Shown here piece after piece: positions 38,893 through 47,480 of a DNA stretch of 64,000 nt. Origin of the DNA: Myxococcota bacterium (GTDB lineage Bacteria > Myxococcota_A > UBA796 > CAJQPC01); assembly GCA_036012755.1 (NCBI GenBank), contig DASCPX010000193.1, positions 1-64,000 of the forward strand, read 5' to 3'. The notes under the pieces are model-generated. The model ran no database searches, had not been told where the DNA came from, and worked only from the letters and a program-made list of their open reading frames with translations. A program made the position numbers and the translations under genes. Numbering within the stretch: position 1 is the first letter of the stretch; every line of letters begins with the position of its first letter.

Positions 38893-39726
38893 ATGTTCGC
38901 TGCCCTGAAGAGCATGTTCGATCCGAAGCAGAAGCTCCGCGAGACCCTCGGCGACTCGGCCCTGCCGAGCTTCAAGGCCGTCACGATGCAGACCCTCCGC
39001 AAGCTGCGGGATCCGGAGGCCTCGTCCCAGGAGATCGCCAAGCTCGTGGCCAGCGACCCGGGGCTGTCCGTCAAGGTCCTCTCGACCGTGAACTCGGCGG
39101 CCTTCGGTCTGCGCAGGCCGGCCACCGATGTCGGCCACGCCATCAACCTCCTCGGGCGCGGCGGCGTGGAGGGCATCGTGCTCGGAGTCGCGGTCAAGAA
39201 CGCCCTCCCGATGGACGGCGCCGATGGCTACGACCCCATCATGTTCTGGCGGGCCGCGGCTGTCCGCGCTGCAACCGCGAAGGCGCTCGCCGACGCCCTG
39301 GACCCGAAGCACCGCATGCTCAGCTTCACCGCCGGGCTGCTCCAGGACATGGCCGTGCCCCTGCTCGCCCACCGCGCCTCCGGCTATGGCCGCGTCCTGC
39401 GGGCCTGGCACTGCGGTGACGTCGAGTTGGAGGCGGCCGAGCGCCATGAGTACGGCTGGGACCACGCAGAGGTCGCCGGCTGGCTCGCCTCCGACTGGGA
39501 GTTCCCGGCGGTCCTCGGAGACTCGATCGTCGGCCACCACGGCGGCTGCGACAGCCCCTTGCCGATCCAGCTGGTCGGGCTCATCCACGAGGATCCACGC
39601 TTCGGCATGGACCGCGTGATGGACCTGGCCCGCGACCGCTGCGGCGCCGCCGCAGAGGAGCGAGTTCGCCGAGCGCTGATCCTCGGCCAGGAAAACGGGG
39701 CCGCCATGGCGGGGTTGTTCCGATAG
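38893..39726 (+). CDS. HDOD domain protein
   Basis: LPS, DPGLSVKVLSTVNSAAFG, AINLLG, FW, AGLLQDM, DHAEVAGWL..WEFP...HH. Confidence 0.88.
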   Translation: MFAALKSMFDPKQKLRETLGDSALPSFKAVTMQTLRKLRDPEASSQEIAKLVASDPGLSVKVLSTVNSAAFGLRRPATDVGHAINLLGRGGVEGIVLGVAVKNALPMDGADGYDPIMFWRAAAVRAATAKALADALDPKHRMLSFTAGLLQDMAVPLLAHRASGYGRVLRAWHCGDVELEAAERHEYGWDHAEVAGWLASDWEFPAVLGDSIVGHHGGCDSPLPIQLVGLIHEDPRFGMDRVMDLARDRCGAAAEERVRRALILGQENGAAMAGLFR

Positions 39727-39735
39727 ACAGGAAGC

Positions 39736-40755
39736 GTGCTCGCCCTCCTCTGCGGACTCGCGCTCGGCTCGGAACCCCCGGATTTCGCCGAGTGGGCCAC
39801 GCGACAGACCCCGCCAGAGGACCACCCCGAGCGCGCCGAGGGCTGGGACTTCGCGGCGGAGCTGTTCGCGCGGCTAGCGCGCGTGGTGGAAGACAACGAG
39901 ACCACCTCTACGTTGTTGGTGGGACGTTCGGTCGAGAAGCGCCCGATCTGGGGCTTCCGGGTCCAGGATCCCGGGGTCGAGCCAGAGCAGGAGCTCCTGG
40001 TCATCGCCCAGCTCCACAGCCTCGAGTGGATCGGCCCGGAGGTGGCCGTCGCGTTCCTGGAAGGCATCGCGTCAGCCCCGCCTCCGGGGGTCGTCGTCAC
40101 GGTCGTACCCATCGTGAACCCCGACGGCCGGTGGCGCTCGGAGCAGGACCTGCTCAACGACGAGGTGCGCAGCTACCGTCGAGCCAACGCCAACGGCGTG
40201 GACCTCAACCGCGACTGGTCCATGCACCGCGACAGCGACGTCATCTGGTCGAAGCTGCCCTGGACGCGGCGCCACTATTACAGCTCACCTGCGCCGCTGT
40301 CCCAGCCCGAAACCCAGGCGGTCGACCGGCTCGCCGCTGAATCGCCGCCCGACGCCTTCGTGAGCCTCCATGCCTTCGGCGGCTACGTCGAGACACCCTG
40401 GGGCGGCGTCTACGAGCCCCCGCCCGACGACGAGCGACTGAAGGCCACTGCCTACGAGATGGCCGAGGCCATGCCGCACCGACCCTACCGGGTCATCCAG
40501 ATCAACCACTGGGTGCGCACCTTTCGCGCGCTCGGCTGCGAGGTCGACCACTTCTACGGGGTCTACGGCGCGGACGCCTTCCTCATCGAGCTGACCAGGA
40601 GCGGAATCACGCTAGCTCCTTCGACCTGGCGGGACTACTTCCGCTGGTACAACCCGGTGGACAAGACCGAACACGTCGACAACGGCGTGGCAGCGCTGGA
40701 GGCGCTCCTCCACCGCATGAGCGCAGAGTCGCGAGGCCTCATCGAGCCCTTGTAG
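39736..40755 (+). CDS. M14 family zinc carboxypeptidase, secreted
   Basis: GRSVEKRPI, HSLE, NPDG, RANANGVDLNRDW, SQPET, SLHA, IEL. Confidence 0.9.
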   Translation: MLALLCGLALGSEPPDFAEWATRQTPPEDHPERAEGWDFAAELFARLARVVEDNETTSTLLVGRSVEKRPIWGFRVQDPGVEPEQELLVIAQLHSLEWIGPEVAVAFLEGIASAPPPGVVVTVVPIVNPDGRWRSEQDLLNDEVRSYRRANANGVDLNRDWSMHRDSDVIWSKLPWTRRHYYSSPAPLSQPETQAVDRLAAESPPDAFVSLHAFGGYVETPWGGVYEPPPDDERLKATAYEMAEAMPHRPYRVIQINHWVRTFRALGCEVDHFYGVYGADAFLIELTRSGITLAPSTWRDYFRWYNPVDKTEHVDNGVAALEALLHRMSAESRGLIEPL

Positions 40756-40774
40756 GGAAACCACGACACCCAGA

Positions 40775-40943
40775 AGGTAATGCCCCGCTCGGGACCATCC
40801 CGAGCGGGGCATAATGAACAGCGGATGTCAGTAGGGACCCGTCTCCAGGTCCAGTGGGCACCGAAACACTGCCGCCGAGAGGGAATTCTCTCAACGGGTT
40901 CACCAGGAATCCCTGGCGCCTACCGGCTTCCGCCGCCTGGCAC
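40775..40943 (-). ncRNA. Candidate sigma-54-dependent structured small RNA (five-way junction), family not recognised
   Basis: Closing helix CGGUAGG/CCUACUG encloses four abutting hairpins; G-U pairs and GNRA loops work only on the minus strand; upstream -24/-12 promoter; downstream terminator; no credible ORF. Confidence 0.7.
40780..40812. terminator. Perfect 15-bp stem hairpin, probable bidirectional terminator
   Basis: ATGCCCCGCTCGGGA-cca-TCCCGAGCGGGGCAT between the + operon end (40755) and the convergent candidate ncRNA. Confidence 0.75.
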
Positions 40944-40953
40944 ACACTTCTAA

Positions 40954-40970
40954 AGCAAGGGGCGTGCCAA
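40954..40970 (-). promoter_or_regulatory. Sigma-54 (RpoN) -24/-12 promoter
   Basis: Minus strand TTGGCACGCCCCTTGCT matches TGGCAC-N5-TTGC(A/T); predicted +1 near 40943. Confidence 0.85.
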
Positions 40971-41012
40971 CAGAAAAAGTGCAGTGATTCGGCCTGCTTC
41001 GAAAAAAGGGCC

Positions 41013-41077
41013 CTGCGACCCGAACGTCGCAGATGGGGACTCCGTACACCGATCTTGTGTTGGGGATTTCATACACC
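41013..41077. promoter_or_regulatory. Candidate enhancer-binding-protein sites upstream of the sigma-54 promoter
   Basis: Palindrome CTGCGAC-N6-GTCGCAG (41013-41032); direct repeats TGGGGACTCCGTACACC (41034-41050) and TGGGGATTTCATACACC (41061-41077), 14/17 identical. Confidence 0.6.
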
Positions 41078-41143
41078 ATCGGCGGCCTCGGGGATCGCCG
41101 GCTTGAAAGGTGGCCATCGCTGGGCGATCCTTGGGCCCACCGA

Positions 41144-42718
41144 ATGCCGGACACTCCACTCGAGCACGAGAACACCTCTGGACTCGTCGATCCCTTGATC
41201 GGCCGGGTGCTCGCGGGCCGGTTCCGGATCCTCGAGTGCATCGCCCAAGGCGGCATGGGGCGCATCTACCGCGCAGAGCAGGCCCCGCTGGGCCGCACGG
41301 TGGCGGTGAAGGTCCTTCACCTCGACGCTCGCAACCAGGATGACGGCAACTTCCGCGAGCGCTTCTTCCGCGAGGCCTCGGTCTGCGCCCGCCTGACCCA
41401 CCCGAACACGGTCCGCATCTTCGACTACGGGACCGACAACGGGGTCTACTTCATCGCGATGGAGTACCTGGAGGGGCGGACACTGAACGACCTCATCCGC
41501 AAGGAAGGGCCGCTGAGCATCGACCGCACGATCACCATCGCGCGCCAGATCTGCCGCTCGCTCGAGCAGGCCCACGGCCAGGGGGTGATCCATCGGGATC
41601 TGAAACCGGCCAACGTCTTCCTCGCTGCGCACGGGCCGGACGAGTTCGTGAAGGTCCTGGACTTCGGGCTCGTGAAGGCGGTCGACTCGAAGTCGCATGT
41701 CACCCAGACCGGGAACATCCTCGGCTCTCCCGCCTACATGAGCCCGGAGCAGGTCCTCGGCACGCCTGTGACCGGGCGAGCCGACGTCTACGCGCTGGGA
41801 GTCATCCTCTACGCCTGCGTGACCCGCAACCTGCCCTTCAAGCGGGACAATCCGCTGGCCGTGCTCAACGCTCAGGCCCACGCCGAGCCCCCACCTTTTT
41901 CGAAGACCGCACCTGACCTCGACATCCCCTGCTCGCTGGAGTGGGTCGTCATGCGCTGCCTCGAGAAGAAGCCAGAGGACCGCCTCGCCTCGATGGCGGA
42001 GCTCGAGCGAGCCTTGAAGCTCGTGGACATGGAGCTGCACGGATCCCTGGAGGGCTTCGACTGGCAGCTGACCGACGGGCGCCTGGACCTGCCCCCCGGG
42101 ATCGAAGACTCGGGGATCGAACGCACCCCGCGACCTTCGCCGACGCCTTCCACGGCCGTCCAGGATGCGCCGAGCAGCCCGACGCTGAACACGCAGCCGG
42201 ACTCCGGCCGGCCGGTGAAGAAGTTCGTGCTCGCCGCGGTCATCGTGCTGCTCCTGGGCTTCGGGGCGATGTTGGCCCTGGCGGTCGGCTTCTTCGTCGC
42301 TCTCCAGCCCGAGCCGCTGGAGCCCACCGAGCCGGTCCCCGCAGAGGTCGAGGTCGTGGCGGAGCCTCCAGTCGACATCGCCGCGGAGCTGGGTTTCGAG
42401 CCCTCGGAGACCTCGGAGGCCTCGGAGGACGTGGGCTCGGAGGCCTCGGAGGACGTGGGCTCAGAGGCCCCCGTGGAGCTCACCGAGACGAAGAAGGCCA
42501 CCCCGAAGACCACCAGGAAGACGACCTCGAACAGGGGTCGTGGGACCACTACGAAGCGGAGTCCGACGACCGGGACCACCGGCACCTCCACGACGAGCGA
42601 AGATCCGCCCGTCGAACCCCCTGACGAGGCCGGCGAGGGCCAGGACCCGGAGCAGGACCCTGACGACTGGGGTAGCGTGAAGCCCGCCTCCGACCTCAAG
42701 GATCCCTGGGCAGATTGA
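41144..42718 (+). CDS. Transmembrane Ser/Thr protein kinase
   Basis: GGMGRIY, VAVK, HPNTV, HRDLKPAN, DFG, GSPAYMSPEQ, DVYALG; TM followed by a low-complexity tail. Confidence 0.95.
   Translation: MPDTPLEHENTSGLVDPLIGRVLAGRFRILECIAQGGMGRIYRAEQAPLGRTVAVKVLHLDARNQDDGNFRERFFREASVCARLTHPNTVRIFDYGTDNGVYFIAMEYLEGRTLNDLIRKEGPLSIDRTITIARQICRSLEQAHGQGVIHRDLKPANVFLAAHGPDEFVKVLDFGLVKAVDSKSHVTQTGNILGSPAYMSPEQVLGTPVTGRADVYALGVILYACVTRNLPFKRDNPLAVLNAQAHAEPPPFSKTAPDLDIPCSLEWVVMRCLEKKPEDRLASMAELERALKLVDMELHGSLEGFDWQLTDGRLDLPPGIEDSGIERTPRPSPTPSTAVQDAPSSPTLNTQPDSGRPVKKFVLAAVIVLLLGFGAMLALAVGFFVALQPEPLEPTEPVPAEVEVVAEPPVDIAAELGFEPSETSEASEDVGSEASEDVGSEAPVELTETKKATPKTTRKTTSNRGRGTTTKRSPTTGTTGTSTTSEDPPVEPPDEAGEGQDPEQDPDDWGSVKPASDLKDPWAD
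42413..42460 (+). repeat. Exact 24-bp tandem duplication in the kinase tail (SEASEDVG x2)
   Basis: tcggaggcctcggaggacgtgggc twice, followed by a partial copy. Confidence 0.85.
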
Positions 42719-43401
42719 CCCTCGCACTGCTGATGCTCCTCACCGGGAGCGCCCTCGCGCAGGACTCCGACGCGCGCGCCAGGGAGCTCTATGAAAACGG
42801 CGCCATCCTCTACGAGGAGGGGCGCTACGAGGACGCGATCGTCGCCTGGGAGGAGGCCTATCGCCTCTCCGACCGCCACGCGCTGCTCTACAACATCGCC
42901 AACGCCTACGAGCGGCTGGGCCAGTACGAGGAGGCCATCGTCGCGCTGGGTCGCTACCGGGCCTACGCCCCGGCCACCGAGCGCGAGGTCCTCGACCGCC
43001 GCCTGAGGAACATCGAGCGCCGCATGCTGGAGGAACAGGGCTCGTCGACCTCTACGGTCACGCCGGTGGATCCCACACCCAGGCCGGTCGAAGGCTCGAC
43101 CATCCAGGCCCTGCCAGTCGGGCTCCTGAGCGTCGGCGCGCTGGCCCTGGGCACGGGCACGGCGATGGCCATCCGCTCGCAGTCCGCCGGCGTCGAGCTG
43201 GAGGTCGCCTGCGTCGAGGGGATGTGCCCGGACAGCGCCCAGTCGCTGCTCGACAGGAACCGGCGATCGGCGATCATCGCCGACGTGGGCTTCGCGGTCG
43301 GCACGGCCGCAGCCGCGACGGGGGTCGTGGTGCTGGTGATCGACGGGCGAGCCACGGTCGCGCCGGTGCCGGGCGGGTTGGTCCTGGAGGGCCGCTGGTG
43401 A
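42715..43401 (+). CDS. Secreted/membrane tetratricopeptide-repeat protein
   Basis: Signal peptide; ARELYENG..LYEEGRYEDAI, LLYNIANAYERLG; hydrophobic C-terminal region. Confidence 0.82.
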   Translation: MTLALLMLLTGSALAQDSDARARELYENGAILYEEGRYEDAIVAWEEAYRLSDRHALLYNIANAYERLGQYEEAIVALGRYRAYAPATEREVLDRRLRNIERRMLEEQGSSTSTVTPVDPTPRPVEGSTIQALPVGLLSVGALALGTGTAMAIRSQSAGVELEVACVEGMCPDSAQSLLDRNRRSAIIADVGFAVGTAAAATGVVVLVIDGRATVAPVPGGLVLEGRW

Positions 43402-44861
43402 TCCTGCTCGTCCTCGGCTGCACCCTCGCCCGCTATGAGCAGGTCGACTGCGTGGACCACGGCGAGTGCCGGGAGACCTTCGGGCTGCTCTGGGTGTGCG
43501 GCGAAGAGGGCTTGTGTGCCGAGTCCGAGCCCCACCCACGGTGCCTCTCGACCTGGCCGGACGACCTCTTCATCCGACCCGAGAACTACGGCGACCACAT
43601 CCTGATCGGCTCGATGTTCGACCACTCCTCCGACGCAGCCGAGGTCCAGGCTTCTCGGCTGCCAGTCATGCAGGTCTCCGACGAGGGCGGCGTAGAGGAC
43701 ACCGAATACGCCATGGTGGAGTGCTCCTACGAGACCGACTCCTCCCTGGACGAACTCGACTATCCGAGCTCCGCGAGGGAGACCTCGCAGTGGATGGTGG
43801 ACGTGCTCGGCATCCAGGGAATCGTCGGTCCGGCGACGTCCTCCCAGACCCAGGAGGCCTACAACGCGACCGCGGACCGAGGGGTGCTCATCATGAGCCC
43901 CTCGGCGACCTCGCCGACCTTGATCAACATCGATGGTCTCGAGAAGACCGACGAGGACCCCGGCATGCTCTGGCGGACCGCCCCGCCCGACTCGCTCCAG
44001 GGGGTGGCCGTCGCAGAGGACATGAAGAGCCGTGGCCTGCGGGACGTGGCCGTCATGTACCAGACCGGCCCCTACGGCGAGGGCCTCGCGGAGGTCTTCC
44101 TGGAGAGCTTCCAGGACGACTCGCACGACGCCGTCGCGCTGGAGTTCGAGACGACCACCGAGATCACGGAGGGCACAAGCGATCTGTTCGTTGACGAACC
44201 GGGGCTAGAGGAGGTCTTCTTCATCTCCAGCGAGCTCACGGACATCACGGCCTTCATCAACGCCGCTGGAGAACTCAGCGCCTTCACCAGCGATGGCGCC
44301 GGCATCTTCCTCGCGGACGGCGCCGCGGATGACCAGCTCTTCGAGCAGACGGACTCGGACCTCTACGACAGCATCCGCGGGACCCGACCATCGGTACCCA
44401 GCGGTCTCGTCTACGAGACCTTCGCCTCGGCCTATGCGGCGGCCTATCCGGGAGACAAGGCGGACGACTCGGTCTACACGGCCTACGCCTTCGACGCGAC
44501 CTGGCTCGTGATCTACGGCACAGCCTGGTCGTACTACCGAGACGGCGAAGCGGGGGTGATCGACGGCCGCGGCATCGGCCAGGGCCTGCGGCGGATCTCC
44601 AACGGCACGGAGATCCTCATCCGTCCGACCTACTGGAACGACGTCAAGGCGCGGTTCTCCCTGTCCCAGGGTATCGACGTGCAGGGGGCCTCTGGCGTGC
44701 TGGACTACGACCCGGACACGGAAGAGACGACGGCGCCGATCGAGGTCTGGCAGATCAACTCATGGGGCGATGGCTTCGAGCACTGCAAGACCTTCTGCTG
44801 GGAAGACGGCGCCCCCGTCGAGTGCACCTTGGGAACCGAGGTCGACTGCGGCGACGACTAG
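43398..44861 (+). CDS. Periplasmic-binding-protein type I (LivJ/K-like) lipoprotein with a Cys-rich N-terminus
   Basis: MILLVLGC; IVGPATSS, SPSATSPTL, WRTAPPDSLQG, YGEGLA, AYAFDA, GASGVLD; no ABC permease adjacent. Confidence 0.82.
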   Translation: MILLVLGCTLARYEQVDCVDHGECRETFGLLWVCGEEGLCAESEPHPRCLSTWPDDLFIRPENYGDHILIGSMFDHSSDAAEVQASRLPVMQVSDEGGVEDTEYAMVECSYETDSSLDELDYPSSARETSQWMVDVLGIQGIVGPATSSQTQEAYNATADRGVLIMSPSATSPTLINIDGLEKTDEDPGMLWRTAPPDSLQGVAVAEDMKSRGLRDVAVMYQTGPYGEGLAEVFLESFQDDSHDAVALEFETTTEITEGTSDLFVDEPGLEEVFFISSELTDITAFINAAGELSAFTSDGAGIFLADGAADDQLFEQTDSDLYDSIRGTRPSVPSGLVYETFASAYAAAYPGDKADDSVYTAYAFDATWLVIYGTAWSYYRDGEAGVIDGRGIGQGLRRISNGTEILIRPTYWNDVKARFSLSQGIDVQGASGVLDYDPDTEETTAPIEVWQINSWGDGFEHCKTFCWEDGAPVECTLGTEVDCGDD

Positions 44862-44871
44862 TGCCCGTCCA

Positions 44872-44901
44872 GGGGGGCCCTGCCCCCCGGGCCTACGGCC
44901 C
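44872..44901. terminator. Two abutting GC-rich hairpins between convergent genes (terminator or REP-like)
   Basis: GGGGGGC-cct-GCCCCCC followed by GGGCC-tac-GGCCC. Confidence 0.5.
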
Positions 44902-46103
44902 TACAATCCCCCCACCCAGGTCCGGATCTCGCTCGGGCGCTCGGCGGTCCACTCGAGGAAACAGGCGACCCGCGCGTCCCGGTCCTCTACGGTCCAGTTG
45001 ACCGATGTCTCGAGCGGCGGGTAGTCCTCGAGCATGTCCCGGTTGCGCTCCATGGCATCTACGAGGTCGGCTGACTCCATCCAGTCCGCGACCCCGAGCA
45101 TCGCCGCTCCAAGGTCCTCTCGGCAGCCCTCGTCGGACATGCAGAACGAGCCCAGCCAGCCCACCGAACTGGATGTGTCGACGTCCCGGTACAGCGGCTC
45201 GCAGTCGGGGTTGGCCGCCGAGGGCGGGTAGGCGTAGATGAACGTGGAGTCCGCACCCCAGGGAGACAGGCTCAGTCGGTCCTCGGCCGGGTCGTGGTAG
45301 ACGAAGAAGTTGTTGAGGTTGAAGCTGTAGCTGTCGGGGTGGTTCACCGCTCGCTCGACAGCCAGGAAGGCTATCAATGCCTCCCAGTCGAAGGCCCCCA
45401 TCAGCGCCTCCGCGGTGCCCTCGGCGACCGCCTCGCAACCGCGCACGAGTCCGTCTTCGTCGAAGTCGTCTCCGGTCTCCTGCAGATCGAAGCAGCTGCA
45501 GTCGCTGGTGAAGTCGCAGTTCCGGGTCATCTCCCACAGTCCGCCGTTGCTGTCGGGCCAGGTGTGGTCGATGAAGGCATCGTCCATCGACTCGAGGATC
45601 GCGTACAGACCCAGGTATCGATCGTTCAGGGTCACGGCAGCGTAGCCAGTGCGAGGGGCCGGACTGCCGTTGGCCCGAAAGGTCCAGTAGGCCATGGTCT
45701 CCGCCATCATCGTCGGGTCCCAGACCTCGTTGTTCATCGTCAGGCGCTCGAGCCCATGCAGCCGCTGTCCCTCGACGTACTCGTCGAGCTTGATCTTCCA
45801 GGCGGGCTTCTGATCGACGGTCTGGAAGCTGGCGCTGCCCTTCAGCCGGACGCCCACGTGCTCCCAGGCGCTCCCCCCGAAGACCAGGCTCCCCTCCACC
45901 CAGACCGTGGGCTGAGCGCGCAGCGCCGCCACCGCCTCGTCCTCGAGGACGATGGTGACCTCGTGGACCAGGTGGGGGTCGAAGACCGGGTCGGAACCGG
46001 GCACCGACTCGACACCGGCGTCCGAGTCACCGGTCTCCCCGATCACGGGCAGGCTGTTTCCGGCGGTACAAGAGGACAACAGCGCAGGGAGGAGCACCGA
46101 CAC
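44901..46103 (-). CDS. CotH kinase family lipoprotein
   Basis: VGVRLKGSASF, KPAWKIKLD, GLERLTMNN..DPT, YLGLY..LE, DSY..N.NNF, PWGAD. Confidence 0.88.
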   Translation of the reverse strand: MSVLLPALLSSCTAGNSLPVIGETGDSDAGVESVPGSDPVFDPHLVHEVTIVLEDEAVAALRAQPTVWVEGSLVFGGSAWEHVGVRLKGSASFQTVDQKPAWKIKLDEYVEGQRLHGLERLTMNNEVWDPTMMAETMAYWTFRANGSPAPRTGYAAVTLNDRYLGLYAILESMDDAFIDHTWPDSNGGLWEMTRNCDFTSDCSCFDLQETGDDFDEDGLVRGCEAVAEGTAEALMGAFDWEALIAFLAVERAVNHPDSYSFNLNNFFVYHDPAEDRLSLSPWGADSTFIYAYPPSAANPDCEPLYRDVDTSSSVGWLGSFCMSDEGCREDLGAAMLGVADWMESADLVDAMERNRDMLEDYPPLETSVNWTVEDRDARVACFLEWTAERPSEIRTWVGGL

Positions 46104-46133
46104 CCCCGCAGGCTACCGCGCGGACCCCTCACG

Positions 46134-47480
46134 TCAGTCGTCGTGCCGTCGTGCCTCCTCGATTCCCCAGGCGATCGCGGTCAGGCTGCGCTTCGCCTTC
46201 GACCCGAAGGTGGCGGCCAGTCGCTCGCCGATGAGGTTGGCGTCCAGCACACCGAGCCTGGTCAGCGCCCAGGCCATCGCCGCCGTGGCAGCGTTCTTGG
46301 CTCCGGCCGTCTTCCGGAAGGGAAGTCTGACAACGGCGGCCCTGATGCCATCTGGCACCTCGAGGGTCGTATCGACCACGAGCAGGGAGTCCGGGCGCAG
46401 GGAGGCCAGGGTTCCGCGCCCGGCGAGCTTCGCGATGCCGTCCACTGAGACCGCGATGACGCAGTCCGGCGAGACGATGCCCGTGTAGTGGATGGGGTCG
46501 GCGGACAGGATGAGCTCCGAGATGGAGTGCCCTGTGCCCTGGGTCACGAGGTTGTCGTTCTTCTGTGTCGCATACAACCCGGCTTCGACGGCCAGGGTGG
46601 CGGTGGTCCTGACCGTGGTCTGGACCCGCTCGCCGGCGGTGCCCGCGATGACGAGGCTGAGCGACCCGACCAGATCGTGCTCCGGCGGACTGGCCGCGGA
46701 CGCAGGTCCGGACTTCGGCGCACCCTGGGCCCTGCCCTGCAGCGCTCGGCGGTAGGTCGTGCGGTCCGTCCGGTGGGTGCCGATCCCGAGAGGCTCGCCA
46801 GTGGCGGCGGCGATCTCGCGCAGCTTCCTCGCGTTCATGGCGTTCCACTTCACGCTGAACGCCGTGCACAGCTCCAACACCTCGACCACGGCGAAGCCCG
46901 GATGCTCGATGGCCTCGAGGATGCGGTCGGGGAGCGCCTTGTCCGTGGCGATCTCCCGTGCCAGGAAGGTTGCGCCAGCGGCCCGGAGCATGCCGAGGAT
47001 GTCCATCGGAGGGAGCGGGTTGCCTGCGGGCGTCGTCGGGCTGACCCAGTCGTCCGGAGACAGCCCGGAGGCCTGGCCCCCCGTCATCCCATACAGATGG
47101 TTGTTGTGCAGCACCACCGTGACGTCGACGTTGAGCTGGGCAGCTGCGAGCAGGTGGAGGAGCCCGATCGTAGCGCCGCCGTCTCCGATCACGACCACTG
47201 TCCGGAGTCGGCCGTCGTTGAGCACGCCGTCGGTGACGCTGATCCCGGTCGCGAAGGCGGTCGAGCGTCCGTGGGTGGTGTGGACCGTGTGGACGCTTGG
47301 GAGCAGACGATCGACGAGGCCCACGCAGCCGATGTCGCTCACCACGCAGAGGTCGGTGTGGGGCAGCCCCGTGCGCTCCAGGGCGGTCGCTAGGGCCCTG
47401 GTGATCAGGGTGTGGCCGCAGCCCGCGCAGTAGGGGAACGGCACGGACCCGAGGACGCCGCCCTTCTCCTCACAGTGCAT
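46134..47480 (-). CDS. 2-oxoacid:ferredoxin oxidoreductase, fused beta (TPP-binding) + gamma subunits
   Basis: YCAGCGH, SDIGC, THGRS, GDGG, NNHLYGMTGGQ; C-terminal gamma-like IAGTAGERV...GHSISELILS. Confidence 0.88.
   Translation of the reverse strand: MHCEEKGGVLGSVPFPYCAGCGHTLITRALATALERTGLPHTDLCVVSDIGCVGLVDRLLPSVHTVHTTHGRSTAFATGISVTDGVLNDGRLRTVVVIGDGGATIGLLHLLAAAQLNVDVTVVLHNNHLYGMTGGQASGLSPDDWVSPTTPAGNPLPPMDILGMLRAAGATFLAREIATDKALPDRILEAIEHPGFAVVEVLELCTAFSVKWNAMNARKLREIAAATGEPLGIGTHRTDRTTYRRALQGRAQGAPKSGPASAASPPEHDLVGSLSLVIAGTAGERVQTTVRTTATLAVEAGLYATQKNDNLVTQGTGHSISELILSADPIHYTGIVSPDCVIAVSVDGIAKLAGRGTLASLRPDSLLVVDTTLEVPDGIRAAVVRLPFRKTAGAKNAATAAMAWALTRLGVLDANLIGERLAATFGSKAKRSLTAIAWGIEEARRHDD

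Noticed and set aside
40739..40945. 68-aa minus-strand ORF, or a glycine/lysine/cobalamin riboswitch, as the explanation for the structured region
   Set aside because: The ORF has no RBS or motifs and runs through the terminator; conserved aptamer cores are absent and there is no same-strand downstream gene
40938..40956. Plus-strand TGGCAC as a sigma-54 promoter for the kinase operon
   Set aside because: The -12 position reads TCTA, not TTGC; the consensus fits only the minus strand
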